Positions 31,156 to 48,594 of a DNA stretch of 64,000 nt are shown here, piece by piece. The notes under the pieces were generated by a model, which was not told the DNA's origin, made no database searches, and worked only from the letters and a program-made list of their open reading frames with translations. The stretch comes from Eledone cirrhosa (Eukaryota), in assembly GCA_964016885.1 (NCBI GenBank), contig OZ024751.1:11966001-12030000 (forward strand). Direction: 5' to 3'. A program made the translations under genes and the position numbers. The stretch's first letter is position 1. Every line of letters begins with the position of its first letter.

Positions 31156-31739
31156 TAGCGAGAATCGTATTTTAGCACAGGAATTAACGAAAATCAACAT
31201 CCGATATGTGTGGCAAGCGCTCGATGATTCATGTGAATCAGAGCTACAACATACGTTAAGGGCCAAACACACTGAGATGATGGTTAAACATATCATCCGC
31301 ACAGCCAAAACAAACGACCAAGTAATTCGGGTCAAACAATAAAAATATATGTGTTGATACTTTCCCGGACCCTGGACTGATGGTAAAATCCAGTATTGGT
31401 TTCTGCGACTCCAAAATCAGGTACTGTCCGCCTACATAAAGAATGTCTGACTTCAGGTAAGATGATGAACAATGAAGTCGTGTTATCAACGGGTTTTGTT
31501 ATAGGATGCTATAGATAAGTGTGTCTATTACTGACCCCACGTGGAGTTCAGCAAGGGAGGCAACAGCTCTATTTTGCGAATGATTCAGTTGTGTATAATA
31601 TTGCGAGAATGCAAAATATGACAAATCGAATAAAGCTCTCGACATATATATATATATAGACACACACGCACACGCACACGCACACGCACACACACGGTAC
31701 TTCGTGAATTCACATAAATAAATGACATAAGTGACATTA

Positions 31740-31927
31740 TGTTAATGAGAACGTCAGATACCATGCTTCGCGGTATAGATTTACGGCCCTTTACATTCTG
31801 AGTTTAAATCACGCTGAGGTTAGCTTTGCCTTTCATCCTTACGGGATCGGTTAAACAAGGTACCAGTAAGTCACTGAGTTCGATTTCCTCTAAAACTACT
31901 GGCCTTGTGCCTAAACAATCAGAAACT
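31740..31927 (+). mobile_element. Diverged SINE
   Basis: gctttgcctttcatccttacggg..gtaccagt..ggccttgtgcc. Confidence 0.75.
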
Positions 31928-32176
31928 AATGTATTATGTTAAAAACATAATAATATTAAACAGATAATTTGTTACAAAAAATAATTATGTGACCAAAATC
32001 GAGGAAAGCACTAATGATTTTAGAGATATGATAATATTTTAACAACTGATGAAACGTTCTTATCAAATATAATATACACCAGACGTACACATGTAATAAT
32101 TATAAGCATGTGTGGTTACATATGTATACATACAAGTATATATGTAAGTATTTGCGCATGCACATACATACATACA

Positions 32177-32207
<31 letters not shown>

Positions 32208-32601
32208 CAATAATGAGAAAAAAATGATGAAGTTTCGTTTACATGATTATATGAATATACAGTATATGTGTGTGTATATACGTCAGAGACGGGTATAGAT
32301 GAATATTTGTATTTTTTCACGTGTCTCTATCAGATTTTAACATAACATCCACCTGCTAGAAAACAAAGAACAGTATATATTAAAAAAAAAAGCATAATGA
32401 AATCGCGAGAAATTTCCAAAGATTGTATAAATACAACGAGAGTAAAAAGAGACATTCATATCTTTTTATGTGTCAAACCTCGTCAAATGACAGTGATATT
32501 TAGAAGAAGAATATAACAGTTACGAGAGGAGAGAAAATTAATGCAAAAGAAATATTCAACGCCTTCTGCAAGTCACCATTGCGTTTTATTATTTTTTATA
32601 T

Positions 32602-32797
32602 AAGGCGGTGGATTGGCAGTATTGGTAGAGGGGCGGACGCCATGCTTTGACGTGTAGAGTTGCGGCCCTTGCTATTCTGAGTTCAAATCCCGCCGAGGTT
32701 GACTTTGCCTTTCATCCTTCCGGGGTCGATAAAATAAAGTACCAGTAATGCACTGGGTATTTTCTGGCCTTGTGCCTAAAGTAGAAACAATTATTAT
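32602..32797 (+). mobile_element. Full-length tRNA-derived SINE
   Basis: A box, B box gagttcaaatccc, body and tail. Confidence 0.9.
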
Positions 32798-32979
32798 TGT
32801 GGTTGTTGTTGTTGTTCTGTCTATCGTTAGTATTATTACCAATATTACTATTTCTCACTCTCCTGCTATTGTTATGACTATTACTATTATAGCTGTTATT
32901 TCTATACTCAGAGTTATTGTTTATATTACTACTACCGTTATTATTGTTGTTGTCGTCCGTATAGTTGTTGCTGTTGTTT

Positions 32980-33718
32980 ACTTTTGCATTCCAACGTATT
33001 TTTGTGAAACACTTTTCCAGCCCTGTTTTGCACTCAATAAGGTTAATCTTTTTGTAGATGGCAAATTTTGGTGGTAGCTGCAGGATTTGTTGTTCTTGTT
33101 CACTGATTAAAGTGTTCCCATAAATATTTACTGTGTGGTCATTGGTAAATTCTTCCGGTAGTTTTACATCAGTCATACGTATATTGTTGATGTTATCTGG
33201 GTATTTTTGAGAATATACTATTTTCCTTTCTTGTAGTTTTTTCTTATTCATCCATTCTAATTTCTTATTGAAATGCCTATTGCATTCGTTTCGGGCGTAT
33301 TTCGATTCACGTCGGATGACGCTCATGAAGTCATCCTTTCGTTTGGTGTGGTGAGATTTTGGACTTCCTTACCCTTAATGCGTTTCTGTCTGTAAAGTTC
33401 GTTGACTTTTGTGTATGTTGTTCTTTTCATATTAACTGTTATTGTGTGTTTTAGTCGTTCAGCTTGTGTTTTGTTCAATAATAAATTATTTACTTGTTTT
33501 GATATGTTTGTTGTGTATATTTTGGAGGAAACACAGTGTTTTAAGAAGCGGATTTGTTCTGTTGTTATTGTACTTTTCATATAACAGAAAACATTGTCTT
33601 TCAATAACCTTTCAGCTTGGCACAAGCTAATGCCATGGCGGCGATGAATTAGTTTTGCGAGGTTTTTGATATGAAATCGTGTGTCGAAACAAATATTGTT
33701 ATACTTGGGGAGAGTCAT
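32980..33718 (-). pseudogene. N-terminal pre-RT region of a Penelope-like ORF (frameshifted)
   Basis: Overlapping basic ORFs 33323-33718 and 32712-33326; EQQILQLPPKFAI..EK...KIRW resembles the pre-RT motif of PLEs; degenerates into Asn repeats. Confidence 0.6.
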
Positions 33719-34039
33719 ATTTGTGTAATATTGACAGAATTAATAACAGAACACACTCACTGTTTGGTTGGTTTTCGCTTTTCGCTTCTGTGTCTTTTAT
33801 ATCGGTAATCTAATTTAATTTATTCGGTCCTCAATGTTGCCATTTACTGACCAACGGTCAGATTAAATAAAGATGGCGTAGAAAATACAATGCAACGGGA
33901 GGAAACAATAGCACCACTGACGATGTTGCAGATGTGCAACGAAAGAACTTTGATAAACTATATATATGTGTTTGTGTCTATATTGTATCTGTATTATTTT
34001 TGACCGTTGGTCAGTCAAACATTCGGGGTCAAACATTCT

Positions 34040-34095
<56 letters not shown>

Positions 34096-34114
34096 GTGTG
34101 TGTGTGTATTTTCG

Positions 34115-34235
34115 GGAGGGTCATGCTGCCAATAAAAACTCACGCACCGGTTTTCATTTCAATTCATCACAAATTTCCGGATGGTTGTTTATTTATTGTC
34201 AAAGATGTTTGGTCACACATTCTGTAACATCCTTA
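34115..34235. mobile_element. Dispersed repeat related to the 3' end of the 26.4-27.5 kb PLE
   Basis: gggtcatgctgccaataaaaac shared with ~44091; tgtcaaag..cacattctg shared with ~26438 and inverted at ~44240. Confidence 0.6.
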
Positions 34236-34447
34236 GTGACTATTTTTTTTTTTCGTGTCTCTTCTTTGTTCTTGCAAACCATTGTATTCCAATCCTTTAT
34301 ATATCTGACTCTCGGGGTTTTGAATACTCAATGACATCAAAATAAGCGTTTCTCATAAAAATACATTTCGCTTTGCTTCGATGGGATATTCACATGACCA
34401 TTACATCAAATTCTACCATAAATTGGATAGAACATTAAATAATAAAC

Positions 34448-34512
<65 letters not shown>

Positions 34513-34513
<1 letters not shown>

Positions 34514-34668
34514 AGATCAAAAGATGGTTAAAAGAGTACCAAGTATTTTATTATGCGCATTTCAAAAACAAATATCATTATGAGATGATATCTGCGTTTT
34601 CATCAGATAAAATAGGGATACATGATACGAAGCTTATAAAAACACTTGTGAATAGTGAAGTTTTAAAT

Positions 34669-34672
<4 letters not shown>
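34513..34672 (-). mobile_element. Family C HHR-bearing element (HHR at 34544-34614)
   Basis: CUGAUGA..GAAA-UGCGCA-UA with tattttat/ataaaata stem I. Confidence 0.75.
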
Positions 34673-34703
<31 letters not shown>

Positions 34704-34835
34704 GTATGTATGTATCAATTTATGCACTTATGTATGTATATGTTTATGCACGTATGTATGTATATATCCATGCACGTATGTATGTATATATCCATACATG
34801 TATGTATGTATATATTTATACATGTATGTATATCT

Positions 34836-35926
34836 GCCAAGTACGGATACATAAAGAACGAACTGACACGTATCCACAACAAATGCACCGACGCAAGAGA
34901 CCGAGGCACACACACTTTCTGGAAGTACTTAAACTAAACGGATACCCGACGTCCACCACGAACCGTACCAGAAACAAAAGAAGACACCACACCCAAAGCA
35001 CTAGCACCTGCTTCCTGAAGCTCCCACACTTCAGTGATGAAAACTACAACGGCCATCCGCAGGGCCATCAGACGAGAGGGACTAGTTATCCAGCTAGCCC
35101 ACTCATGACCCTAGCTACGCAGACAGCTAGCCAAGAGACACTCCACCAGACAAGACAACCGCTGCACGCTGGCCAACTGCCCCATCGACGACAGAGACCT
35201 ATGCCACCATGCATACGTCATCTACAGATTAGAATGCGACAAATGTAGCAACTTCTACATAGGTAGCACTACCAGACCACTTCACATTAGAATAAAAGAA
35301 CACCTCAGCACTAATGCTTCCTCATTTAAGAAACACCTAGTGAAATGTAAAAACACCTACAAAAACATAATGGTTAGGATAGAAGCTAAGGAAAGAAACC
35401 TCGGCAATCTTAGAATTAAAGAAGCACTAATTATAGACAAATCGCAACCACCAATCAATAATAGATTAGAACTCAACACCCAATTTATAAAATGATAGAG
35501 CATTTTACATCTCCACGCATCCTCTCTCTCTATCTATCTCTCTCACACACATGCTTACACCTTCATGTATTCTCTTACACACACACACACACACACACTT
35601 AGACATACATGTCCAAACCCTTTAAAAGGAGACAACTCTTTATTCACTTGACCAGCCCAAACCGTCACTCTTTGACATTAGAAATAGAATATAACTTTAT
35701 ACTACTTCCAGTCAGCATGACTTAGCAACCCACTTCGAACACTGGATTGACCCCTTTACAAAGAGATATTATTTCGAAATATCAGGATATATGAATAAAT
35801 TAAGATAAAAGACTAATTGTCAGCGTTAATTCTTAAATTTATATTCTATCTCCAAACCTACCTGGTTCTGGCCTTCTAGCTTCAAACTCATTATACAATT
35901 CTTCAAGTAAACTACAAATTCCTTCT
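34836..35926 (+). mobile_element. 5'-truncated Penelope-like element (RT thumb + GIY-YIG, frameshifted) with 3' UTR
   Basis: L..NGYP; VIYRLECDKCSNFYIGSTTRPLHIRIKEH..LRIKEALII..PPIN; stop 35493-35495. Confidence 0.85.
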
Positions 35927-37356
35927 ATGTATGTATATATTTATACATGTATGTATATATTTATACACGTATGTATGTATATATGTATACACGTATGTAT
36001 GTATATATATATACACGTATGTATCTATATATTTATACATGTATGTATATATTTATACACGTATGTATGTATATATTTATACACGTATGTATATATTTAT
36101 ACACGTATGTATCTATATATTTATACACGTATGTATCTATATATTTATACACGTATGTATGTATATATTTATACACGTATGTATGTATATATTTATACAC
36201 GTTATGTATGTATATATTTATACACGTATGTATGTATACACGTATGTATGTATATATTTATACACGTATGTATCTATATATATATATACACGTATGTATG
36301 TATATATTTATACACGTATGTATCTATATATATATATACACGTATGTATGTATATATTTATACACGTATGTATCTATATATATATACACGTATGTATGTA
36401 TATATATATACACGTATGTATGTATATATTTATACACGTATGTATGTATATATTTATACACGTATGTATCTATATATTTATACACGTTATGTATCTATAT
36501 ATTTATACACGTATGTATCTATATATATATACACGTATGTATGTATATATTTATACACATATGTATGTATATATTTATACACATATGTATGTATATATTT
36601 ATACACGTATGTATCTATATATTTATACACGTATGTATGTATATATTTATACACATATGTATGTATATATTTATACACGTATGTATCTATATATTTATAC
36701 ACGTATGTATGTATATATATTTATACACGTTATGTATATATATATTTATACACGTATGTATCTATATATATATACACGTATGTATCTATATATTTATACA
36801 CGTATGTATCTATATATTTATACACGTATGTATGTATATATTTATACACATATGTATGTATATATTTATACACGTATGTATCTATATATTTATACACGTA
36901 TGTATGTATATATATTTATACACGTTATGTATATATATATTTATACACGTATGTATCTATATATATATACACGTATGTATCTATATATTTATACACGTAT
37001 GTATGTATATATTTATACACGTTATGTATGTATATATTTATACACGTATGTATCTATATATATATACACGTATGTTTGTATATATATATACACGTATGTT
37101 TGTATATATTTATACACGTATGTATCTATATATATATACACGTATGTATGTATATATTTATACACGTATGTATGTATATATTTATACAGGTATGTCTCTA
37201 TATATTTATACACGTATGTATGTATATATTTATACAGGTATTTATGTATATATTTATACACGTATGTTTGTATATATTTATACACGTATGTATCTATATA
37301 TTTATACACGTATGTATGTATATATTTATACACGTATGTATGTATATATTTATACA

Positions 37357-37403
<47 letters not shown>

Positions 37404-37525
37404 TTACATGTGTATGCATATATTTTTATATATATACGTATATATTTATACATGTGTATGTATATATATATATTTATACATGTGTGTATGTATATATTTA
37501 TATATATATATGTATATATTTATAC

Positions 37526-37568
<43 letters not shown>

Positions 37569-37570
37569 AT
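35927..37570. repeat. ~22-24-bp minisatellite (gtatgtatgtatatatttatacac)
   Basis: Tandem units derived from TA microsatellite. Confidence 0.95.
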
Positions 37571-38285
37571 GCTATTACTGGCCTTCCTCTTTGTTATCAT
37601 ATTATTTATTTTCTATTTCCCTTGAACTCTAGTAACACTTTGATTTCAATTTACCTTAATATTTTATTGATGTAGTTGTTGTGCTTGTTGTTTGTTCTAT
37701 TGTATTTTCAAGACTCTGTCTGGTTCTTATTACTTTAGTTACCTGTTACCAAACCAAAACAAGAACACTATCAACTTACCTGTATGTTTGATGGGGCAAG
37801 TGATTAGTGAAATATAACCAGCCATTTCAGTGCAGCTGAAAATTAAGGTTTCATCTCCCTCTGCACCATCACCACCACCATCGCTTCCAGCAACAACACC
37901 ACCAGTAATAATAATAATGATAAGGTGGTGTGTTGAGTGTCTGAGTACATAACCTGTTTGCAGCGCCACCACCGCCGCTGCCATTGCCGATACCGAGGCC
38001 GCTGCCACAACCCGACACAATGAAAGGCTATACTGATTGCTTTTTATACATACGTACATATATACACAAATATAAACAGTAATACACGCACATTCACACA
38101 CACACACACAGACACAGACACAGTCACACGCACACGCACACGCACACACACACACACACACACAAATATGCATTCAGACATAAACATACATACATACATA
38201 GATAAAAAACACCGCGCACGTATCTATATATGTGTGTTTGTGTGAGTATATAATATATATATATATATACGCACACATATATATA

Positions 38286-38334
<49 letters not shown>

Positions 38335-38545
38335 GTGTGTGTATATATATGTGTATATATATATGTGTATGTGTATATATATGTGTATATATATATATAT
38401 ATATGTGTATGTGTATATATGTATGTGTATATATATGTGTATGTGTATATATATATGTGTATGTGTATATATATATATATATATATGTATGTGTATATAT
38501 ATATATATGTGTGTGTGTATATATATATATGTGTGTATATATATA

Positions 38546-38578
<33 letters not shown>

Positions 38579-38597
38579 GTGTGTATATATATATATA

Positions 38598-38630
<33 letters not shown>

Positions 38631-38754
38631 GTGTATATATATATATGTGTGTTTATATATGTATATATGTACTCTATATACGTATATGGTTGTGTATATA
38701 TATATATATATACTTGTGTCGGTGTGCATGTATGTATGTGCGCATGTGTGTATA

Positions 38755-38817
<63 letters not shown>

Positions 38818-38855
38818 GCGTATCTATGCGTATGAGTGTATGGATGTATCCGTGC

Positions 38856-38892
<37 letters not shown>

Positions 38893-39161
38893 CATGTAAG
38901 TAAACAATTAACTAACAAGGTAAAGGCTGTGTGTATAATAGCAAGCAATTGTGCCAATGTTTGCTGTAGCGCATGTTAACTGAGTTTGGCGGAAGTAATT
39001 AATATTATATATTATCATTTCATGATTAGTTTAGATAAAGAAAGAGTGGCAGACGTGGTGAAACATAACGAGAGTTGAATCACACTGATCGTTGCTTTCT
39101 TTCTCTCTGTCTCTTTCTCTCTTTTTTAAATAAACACACACATACGTGCATATATAAATAT

Positions 39162-39201
<40 letters not shown>

Positions 39202-39378
39202 CGTGTGTGCATACACACACGTATATATGTATATATAACACTTATTTATATATGAGTGTATATACACTCATACACACACACATATATATATTATACACTT
39301 ATATATATGAGTGTATATATATATATATATACATATTGCACTTATATATATATGAGTTTATATACATACAATTATATA

Positions 39379-39577
39379 TAACGAAGGAATTGTGGTAAGG
39401 AACCAGATGGACCATAACGCACCACAGTACTCTATACTTAGGGTAGTAGAGTGGGTAATAGGAAAAAGAATGACCCCGACGGCAGAGCTCAAGCCGTTTC
39501 GACGGCTATTTCTGGACGTCCAGAAATAGCCGTCGAAACGGCTTGAGCTCTGCCGTCGGGGTCATTCTTTTTCCTAT

Positions 39578-39580
<3 letters not shown>
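39379..39580 (-). mobile_element. Family A PLE end fragment with perfect 126-bp palindrome
   Basis: Tail 39379-39454, then perfect inverted arms 39455-39517/39518-39580. Confidence 0.85.
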
Positions 39581-39668
<88 letters not shown>

Positions 39669-40330
39669 CTACATATATATAACACTTATGTATATATGAG
39701 TGTAAATACATATACATACACACACACTCACACTGAGAGAGAGAAAGAGAGCGAGAAGGAAAGGGGGGCGGTCGAGGGAGAAAAATAACGGGATTTATAG
39801 AAGCATAAGTATGTTACATGTAGGGTCACTGATATTGATACTAGGAAGGCAGGACATTGTCCTACAATGAGAGAACCAATTCAGATACCGACATGTCACA
39901 TATGGAAGTTAACTAAAGGTCACTAGCTTCCACTGGACCAACCATATATATAAGTTTATATTCAAAATACTTTCAATGCCTAACTTAGGTGATATTTGTT
40001 AATTCTTACTTAGTATATTTTTTTCGTTTACATTCTTCATGCTAAATGAGAACAATTATTGGGATAAAATATTCTGATGTAAGATAATTTATTAAATTGA
40101 TATTAGTTGTGGTGTTAAACAATATCGCTAACATTTGTGATAGAGAAACAGATTGTGTAGAATTGTAAGACAGATATATAATATTAACTTCATTTAAATA
40201 TATATACTTATAAAGTTAATATGAGAAAAAATAGCGAATAAATAAATTTTAAAGCAATTCCCCACTTGTACGAACAGTATATGAACCCGTAATTAAACTC
40301 ATTTCATGCACATATATATATATATATATA

Positions 40331-40373
<43 letters not shown>

Positions 40374-40425
40374 GGATATACATAGATGAATACATATATA
40401 AATATATATATATACATATGTTTGC

Positions 40426-40456
<31 letters not shown>

Positions 40457-40890
40457 CATATCGATCTATATATATGTATATACATATCGATCTATACATA
40501 TATATATATATATATATACAAACCTATATATATATATATGTGTGTATATTTGTGTTTAAATAGTAAGTCATGCACTTTACGCTCATAAATAATAATATAT
40601 ATTCATTGCTGTGCGTAACCTAAAGGTCCCAGTATTTCAGTCAGTTTTAATAGGGAAGAGAAAGATAGAAAAATATTTGGAAAAATTTCCCGATTCAATA
40701 AAACATTTTAAATCATCGTATGATTATTATTCAGCTATCTCTTTCATATCTACTCTCTAACTCTCTATCTCTCTATTTATCTATAACCGTCTCTTTTACT
40801 CGCCCATCTATCTCTCTCTGGATATATATATATATGTGTGTGTGTGTTTTTTTGTATACATGTATGTATATATATATAACTATAAAAGTA

Positions 40891-40939
<49 letters not shown>

Positions 40940-41065
40940 GTATGTGTATGTATGTATATACCTATAAATATGTGTGTGTATAAATGTATCTCTATGTATG
41001 TATATATCCATATATATATATAAATGTTTATGTACACACACACACACATATATACACACACACAG

Positions 41066-41108
<43 letters not shown>

Positions 41109-41137
41109 TATGTGTGTGTCTGTGTGGTTGTGTTATG

Positions 41138-41173
<36 letters not shown>

Positions 41174-41688
41174 GAACCATGTATGTATTTAAGTATCTAT
41201 ATATGTAATAACGTGCTTACATAAGTATGTCTGTTTGCAATCTTAACATCAATATTTCTGAATGATATATAACATTGAATTATATAGTAGAGCCTAATGT
41301 AAGCATAAATATGAACTTTGGATTAAAAAATTGTTAGATATAATTACAATCACAACATATCAATGAGATATATATGTCTCATTATATTCCGAATGAAAAT
41401 ATATTGTAATGTAATTCATATATCTATGCCTCTATATGTTTGTATACGCCCATGTATATATATATATATTATATATATATATAATGTGTGTCTGGGTGTT
41501 GATATTTGCATCTATGTATACGTATATAGTCATATGCGTATATTTAACTACATAAATATAAGGATATAATAAATATATATAGAGAGACACATAGATAGAT
41601 AGAAAAATACATATATATATAGAGAGAAAGAGATACACACACATACACACACACACATATCTATCTATCTATCTATCTATTTACATAA

Positions 41689-41719
<31 letters not shown>

Positions 41720-43072
41720 ATATATATAGATATATATATATAGGTTTGTGTGTACGTGTGAGTGTCAGAATGTCCGAGCGTGTATAGACTCGTACAAAAT
41801 GAATCGCAGTGTGCGAGTCAGTATTTTGTATAAGATCTTACAAGCTTAAGATATATAGCGTGAAATATATTCAGATAACGATGTGAATCTACATATTTCT
41901 GTGTGTCTATGAATATGGTCCTTCTATTTGTTTGTATTAACCAACTTTGCTATGCAAAGCTAATAATGAATTTTAGCTGACAGTTATTCGCTCCGTGTAT
42001 TTACATAAGTATATCTAATGGTACATGCACAAACACGGCCAAAGAAATACTCAAAGACAGAAGTGGGGAATATATTACTTTACTGGTGAAGGATTTATAT
42101 ATATATATGTTTCAAAACATACTTACTTATATATATATATATATATATACATATATGGGCCGCGGGCACACATGCGCATACACACAAGTATACGCACACA
42201 CACACACACATATATATATATGTGTGTATGCGTTAGTTTAACGCTTGAAATAAGATAGATAGATAGATATATTATATATATATGTAGGAAGCTCAGTCGA
42301 CAAAGATAACTGCAATTACAGTCAGTTTATCTAAGATACCTTCTAGAAATCGTGTAAAGACCCCTACTGACGGGAAAAATGTTGTCAGCGGTACCTCCGG
42401 ACAATGGAACTCCGTATTTCCCAAAGACCGTCTAGCTAACCGAGTCTTGACAACAACTTACTCTCTAGATAAGGAGTTAACTATAACTGCATTTGGAAAT
42501 ATAAACAAACGTGCGTGTTGCTCGAGATTATGAACTTGCTAATCGCTGAGGAAATAAATTTATAAGTAGATTTTATGTAGTTCAGATGCAGCAAATACCT
42601 ACAATTACAGTTAGTTGCTATGAAATAACAACGTATACGTGTGTTTGACACAGCCAACATCTTTTGTGGTTCTTGGCGTGCTGTCAGCTTCTCTATGATC
42701 TTAGACAGAATAATTCATTTTCTGGTAACATGTATATACAAACAAATGAACACAGCGTCAGTTTGTATCCATCTTCTCATTGAAAGCCATTCTATGTACT
42801 GAATACGAGGTCATATGTTGGTTAAAACAGGTATAAAGAAATAGATGATAACATTTTCCACAGAACATAACTAGAATTTTAGTTACGTACATTGGAAGGG
42901 ATGCCTGACAAAGTTAAACTTCGCGATGTTTTGCTCTCTGAGCTAAAAGTTCTATAACAATTACAAGAGATTCTGCTTGAGGCTCTAATGATTCTACCAT
43001 TTTATATAAAGTATACGCATAAAAACACCACCCCACACACATATATGCCTATATATATAATATATATATATA

Positions 43073-43171
43073 CAGGGTTTCCCGAAAAAATGTATACAGA
43101 GTTCGATTACCTGTACATTCAATACTTATTAGAATGCTGTTCATACGGGTATACATTTTTGGGACACCCTG
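43073..43171. mobile_element. Tc1/mariner-type MITE
   Basis: TIRs cagggtttcccgaaaaaatgtatac / gtatacatttttgggacaccctg; TA on both sides. Confidence 0.85.
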
Positions 43172-44086
43172 TATATACATGTATACATACTTACTTATAT
43201 ACATACATATTTACATACGTACATACCTACAAATGTTCATACATACATACATAAATACATATATACACACATACTTACATATGAACATATATATACATAC
43301 AAATATAAAAATATACGCAAATAAGTATGTTGATACAATTAGTCATTTGTATACATACGTGTTTTTTTATATCAAATATCAAACATTCAACAGACATGTA
43401 TAAGCATAATTGTTTTATCTCCTCTAATAATTTTAATAATATATACGAAAGCTTATTAACAATTTACGTTAATAGGAAAAACGGTTCATGCATTTCAGAA
43501 AATATATTTTTATACAAATATAATTATATTAAACTGTATATTGACAGTTTAATTTCCTTTCATACAAACTTTATAATGAATTTCATTTTACTTTTATCAA
43601 ACAGCTGTGCATATTTCGTAGATTTAATTAATTAAATAATATTGCTTGCTTCTTAAAAAAATTCTTTTTCTTTAAATCTATTCTCAAAAGACGTTTTGCC
43701 CTGTTTGAACTATATTTCAGCAAGACTTGGTGTATATTAAATTTCTTTTTCCTTGTGATGTGAACATTTATTGAAATATGTAATATGCTGTATATATATG
43801 TATATTTATAATGTATCTATGTGTGTATGTATATATATATATATATAGTATTTGAATGCATATTTATATTTGTGTGTGTGCGTGTTTCTAATTATGTTTA
43901 TATGTATGTACGTATATATACTAAAACGCCTTTAATATATTAAATAAATATCCGAACAACTTTGAATTTTTACAGCCATGTATATATACGCGTCAATATA
44001 TATATATATATATCGTTTTTGCATTTCTTTTGCAAGATTTCTTATCTGAAATCGTGTGTTGGAACATATATTGTTATAATTTAGTA

Positions 44087-44290
44087 GGGTGGGTCATGCT
44101 GCCAATAAAAACACACGCACCTGTTAGATTTCACTTCAATTTATTACAAAATTCCAGTGGCTGAGTTAATAACACAGAAAATCAAGGTGGTTTACGACAG
44201 AACAAATGAGACAGACAAAATATTAACCATTGATGGGATCACAATATGTGTGACGAAAGAGCTTTAACAATAAATAAACAACCATCCGGT
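44087..44290. mobile_element. Rearranged (inverted) copy of the 34115-34235 repeat
   Basis: First part direct, second part (ctttaacaataaataaacaaccatccgg) inverted. Confidence 0.6.
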
Positions 44291-45286
44291 TATTAAAACA
44301 GTCAACTACACTGTACTTAGAGCCTACAAAGGTGATAAATCAGTCCTGTATCTGGACAAAATATCAAATAGATATAGAACTCGGAGCTATATGACTGCAA
44401 AGTGAAACATTTAAACCGTTAGTCATACCACATATCGTATGTAGCAGCTGCGGTATTCAAACAAAAAATTTATCATTGAAATATGATTCTACAATTATTA
44501 AAACGGATTTAATTTAGTAGCTTATGTTTGTAGTAGAATCTACGTAGATTATATGTAATTATATAGCTCATATATACACCTATATAAAGTATTTAACCAT
44601 ATGTACAATGTATGTTTGTTCTTTGTCCCCAGGTCACGCTGTCTCTACTTTTTTTAAATCTCTTTCCCCGCTCTTCTATTCTCTCTTGGAATGCGATACG
44701 TTGCGGTATTACAAGTGTCGTGTGAGATGAAATAAAGCACTGCCTGCTTCAGATATGGAGAAGGATTCTGAGTGGGCTGGCAACCTTACTTATAGAAACA
44801 TAAATCTCCTATTCAATTGAAACAATCAATGGATGTAGCTGTAGGCAAGTAACCACCATACGTTTGAACACTTATATATATATATCATTTTCAGATACAT
44901 TGCTATAAATTTGGTCTTTAAACCTGTTCGTCCCTTGGTGCGATTCCATCATTCGGACTGGTAATAAACTCAACTGTATTAGCAGCCTGAGTCTATACTA
45001 CCGTTTCCTCTGTTTCTTAATCAATGACAGAGTGAAAAGGACCAAGTCCCCCACTTAAACATTGAACGAATATTTAATCTCTACTTTGGTATTAAGTAGG
45101 TTTTCTCACATCTATCAATAATATATATATATTTATATAATTTTAATTCGTGTATCTGTTAGTTAATTAGCGACATTACAGTATGCAAGGTAGAGCACAC
45201 GACGAATTATCAAATATATATAACAGCTACTGTGAATACACGATGTAAATTTTACACTGTTGACTTTTATTTCATGTAAATACCAT

Positions 45287-46715
<1,429 letters not shown>

Positions 46716-47958
46716 GATATAAGATTTTCCAGAAATTACAGAATATACAACTATATATTAAGAATTACACCCAGAGGCTTTGCTTTAGTGTGGGTGATAG
46801 GAAAATAATCAAGACGATCGTCATATCAGATGAAGGGAACTATATATGTAGAGGTCTTTCCATGTTTTCGATTAGTTGCCTGTGACAATTTCTGGTAGAA
46901 AAAGGTGTGATTTGATATATGAAAGCACACCGTCGAATCAGATACAGCACAGCCTCCATTCCGATGTTTCAATAATTTCACCATCTATGGCTTTCGATTT
47001 GTACTTTATTTATCGACCCCGAAATAAGAAAAATGTATTTCTTCCTGAATTGGATATGGAAAAAAAGGAAATACAACCTCCATTTAGTGAGAGATTTTCT
47101 GTAGATTTTCTGTAGGTATTTAGTAAATCATTTTAAAAGACATCTTATATTGAGGAACCTTAGGGATTGTCGGTATCCATTTCGGAAAGCACTGTTTAGG
47201 CCAAGCCACTTCGTATAGACTCCTCTTCCTCCAGACACACACATGCTCAGAACTGGTTAGTATTAAATGAATGTAGCCACTAAACTTTGGTTGACAGTTA
47301 AGTCTACATTGCGGTTTTCCCTGTTTCTTAATCAATGACAATATCACAAACATATACCTCCATATATATTACATACGAATAAAACACTGGCTCACATACT
47401 TACACACAATATAACCAGGCCTATACACGCATACATCATCAAGTTAGGAAATTTATATAAACATATAGACACACACACGAACACATAAATATACACACTC
47501 AAACGTAAACACAGACACACTTATTTTCAATACGCACTAAATAAACGTCCATCATTTTGTGAAAACACTTGATTGTTGCTTTTATTAAGAAATAAAACAC
47601 TTATCTGTCATCCTGGCTTATTTTATAGGTTTGGACACAGAGCAGAGACGGCTGGACAGAGGTGAGGGCAGGGCTCAGAGGGTTACATTAGATACTGTGG
47701 CTATGGGGCTGCAAAGAGGGAGGGAGGCAGGCGACACTTTAATGTATGATGGAGAGTTGTTTCAAAATGACGGTCTTTAATCATAATTGCACATGTAAAT
47801 ATATGCATAGCGTCAAATACTATACAAACACAGCAATACACATTTAAACTGAAAAACAAAGGCATATACCACAACCTACCCTCATGTTATACACATCATA
47901 AATTTTCACCTACACACAGCAAACAACCATATAGAAATTATACAACCTATGAGAGAAA

Positions 47959-48004
<46 letters not shown>

Positions 48005-48051
48005 GTGTGTGTATGTATGTGTATATATATATATATATATGTGTGTGTATG

Positions 48052-48162
<111 letters not shown>

Positions 48163-48594
48163 GTATATGTGCGTGTATCATATATATATGTATATATATA
48201 TGTATATAAGTGTGTGTATGTATATACATTCACACACACACACACACGGCGCAAGATATATACATACACAGGCACACACACACATATACATGCACACACA
48301 TACATATATACAGGCACACCCATACACAGACACATTTATATATAAAAAGACGGGGGGTGGGGGGGGGGTGAAAGAAAACTAAAAGATGGAGAGAGACAGG
48401 TTGAAACTTAATTTGTGTGGGTGTCCGTTTGCTTGTTGGTGTGTGTCTATGTATGGTTCTATATGTATGTGATTATGAGCATATAAAAGTGTACGAGAGT
48501 AAAATGTTACTAGATATGTGTGAGTGTATGTATGAGTGCATGGCTGTATATATGGATGTGTGTATATATGGATGTGTGTATGGGTGCATGTCTC

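Noticed and set aside
32602-32700. tRNA-like A and B boxes
   Set aside because: SINE heads with no cloverleaf, always followed by the SINE body
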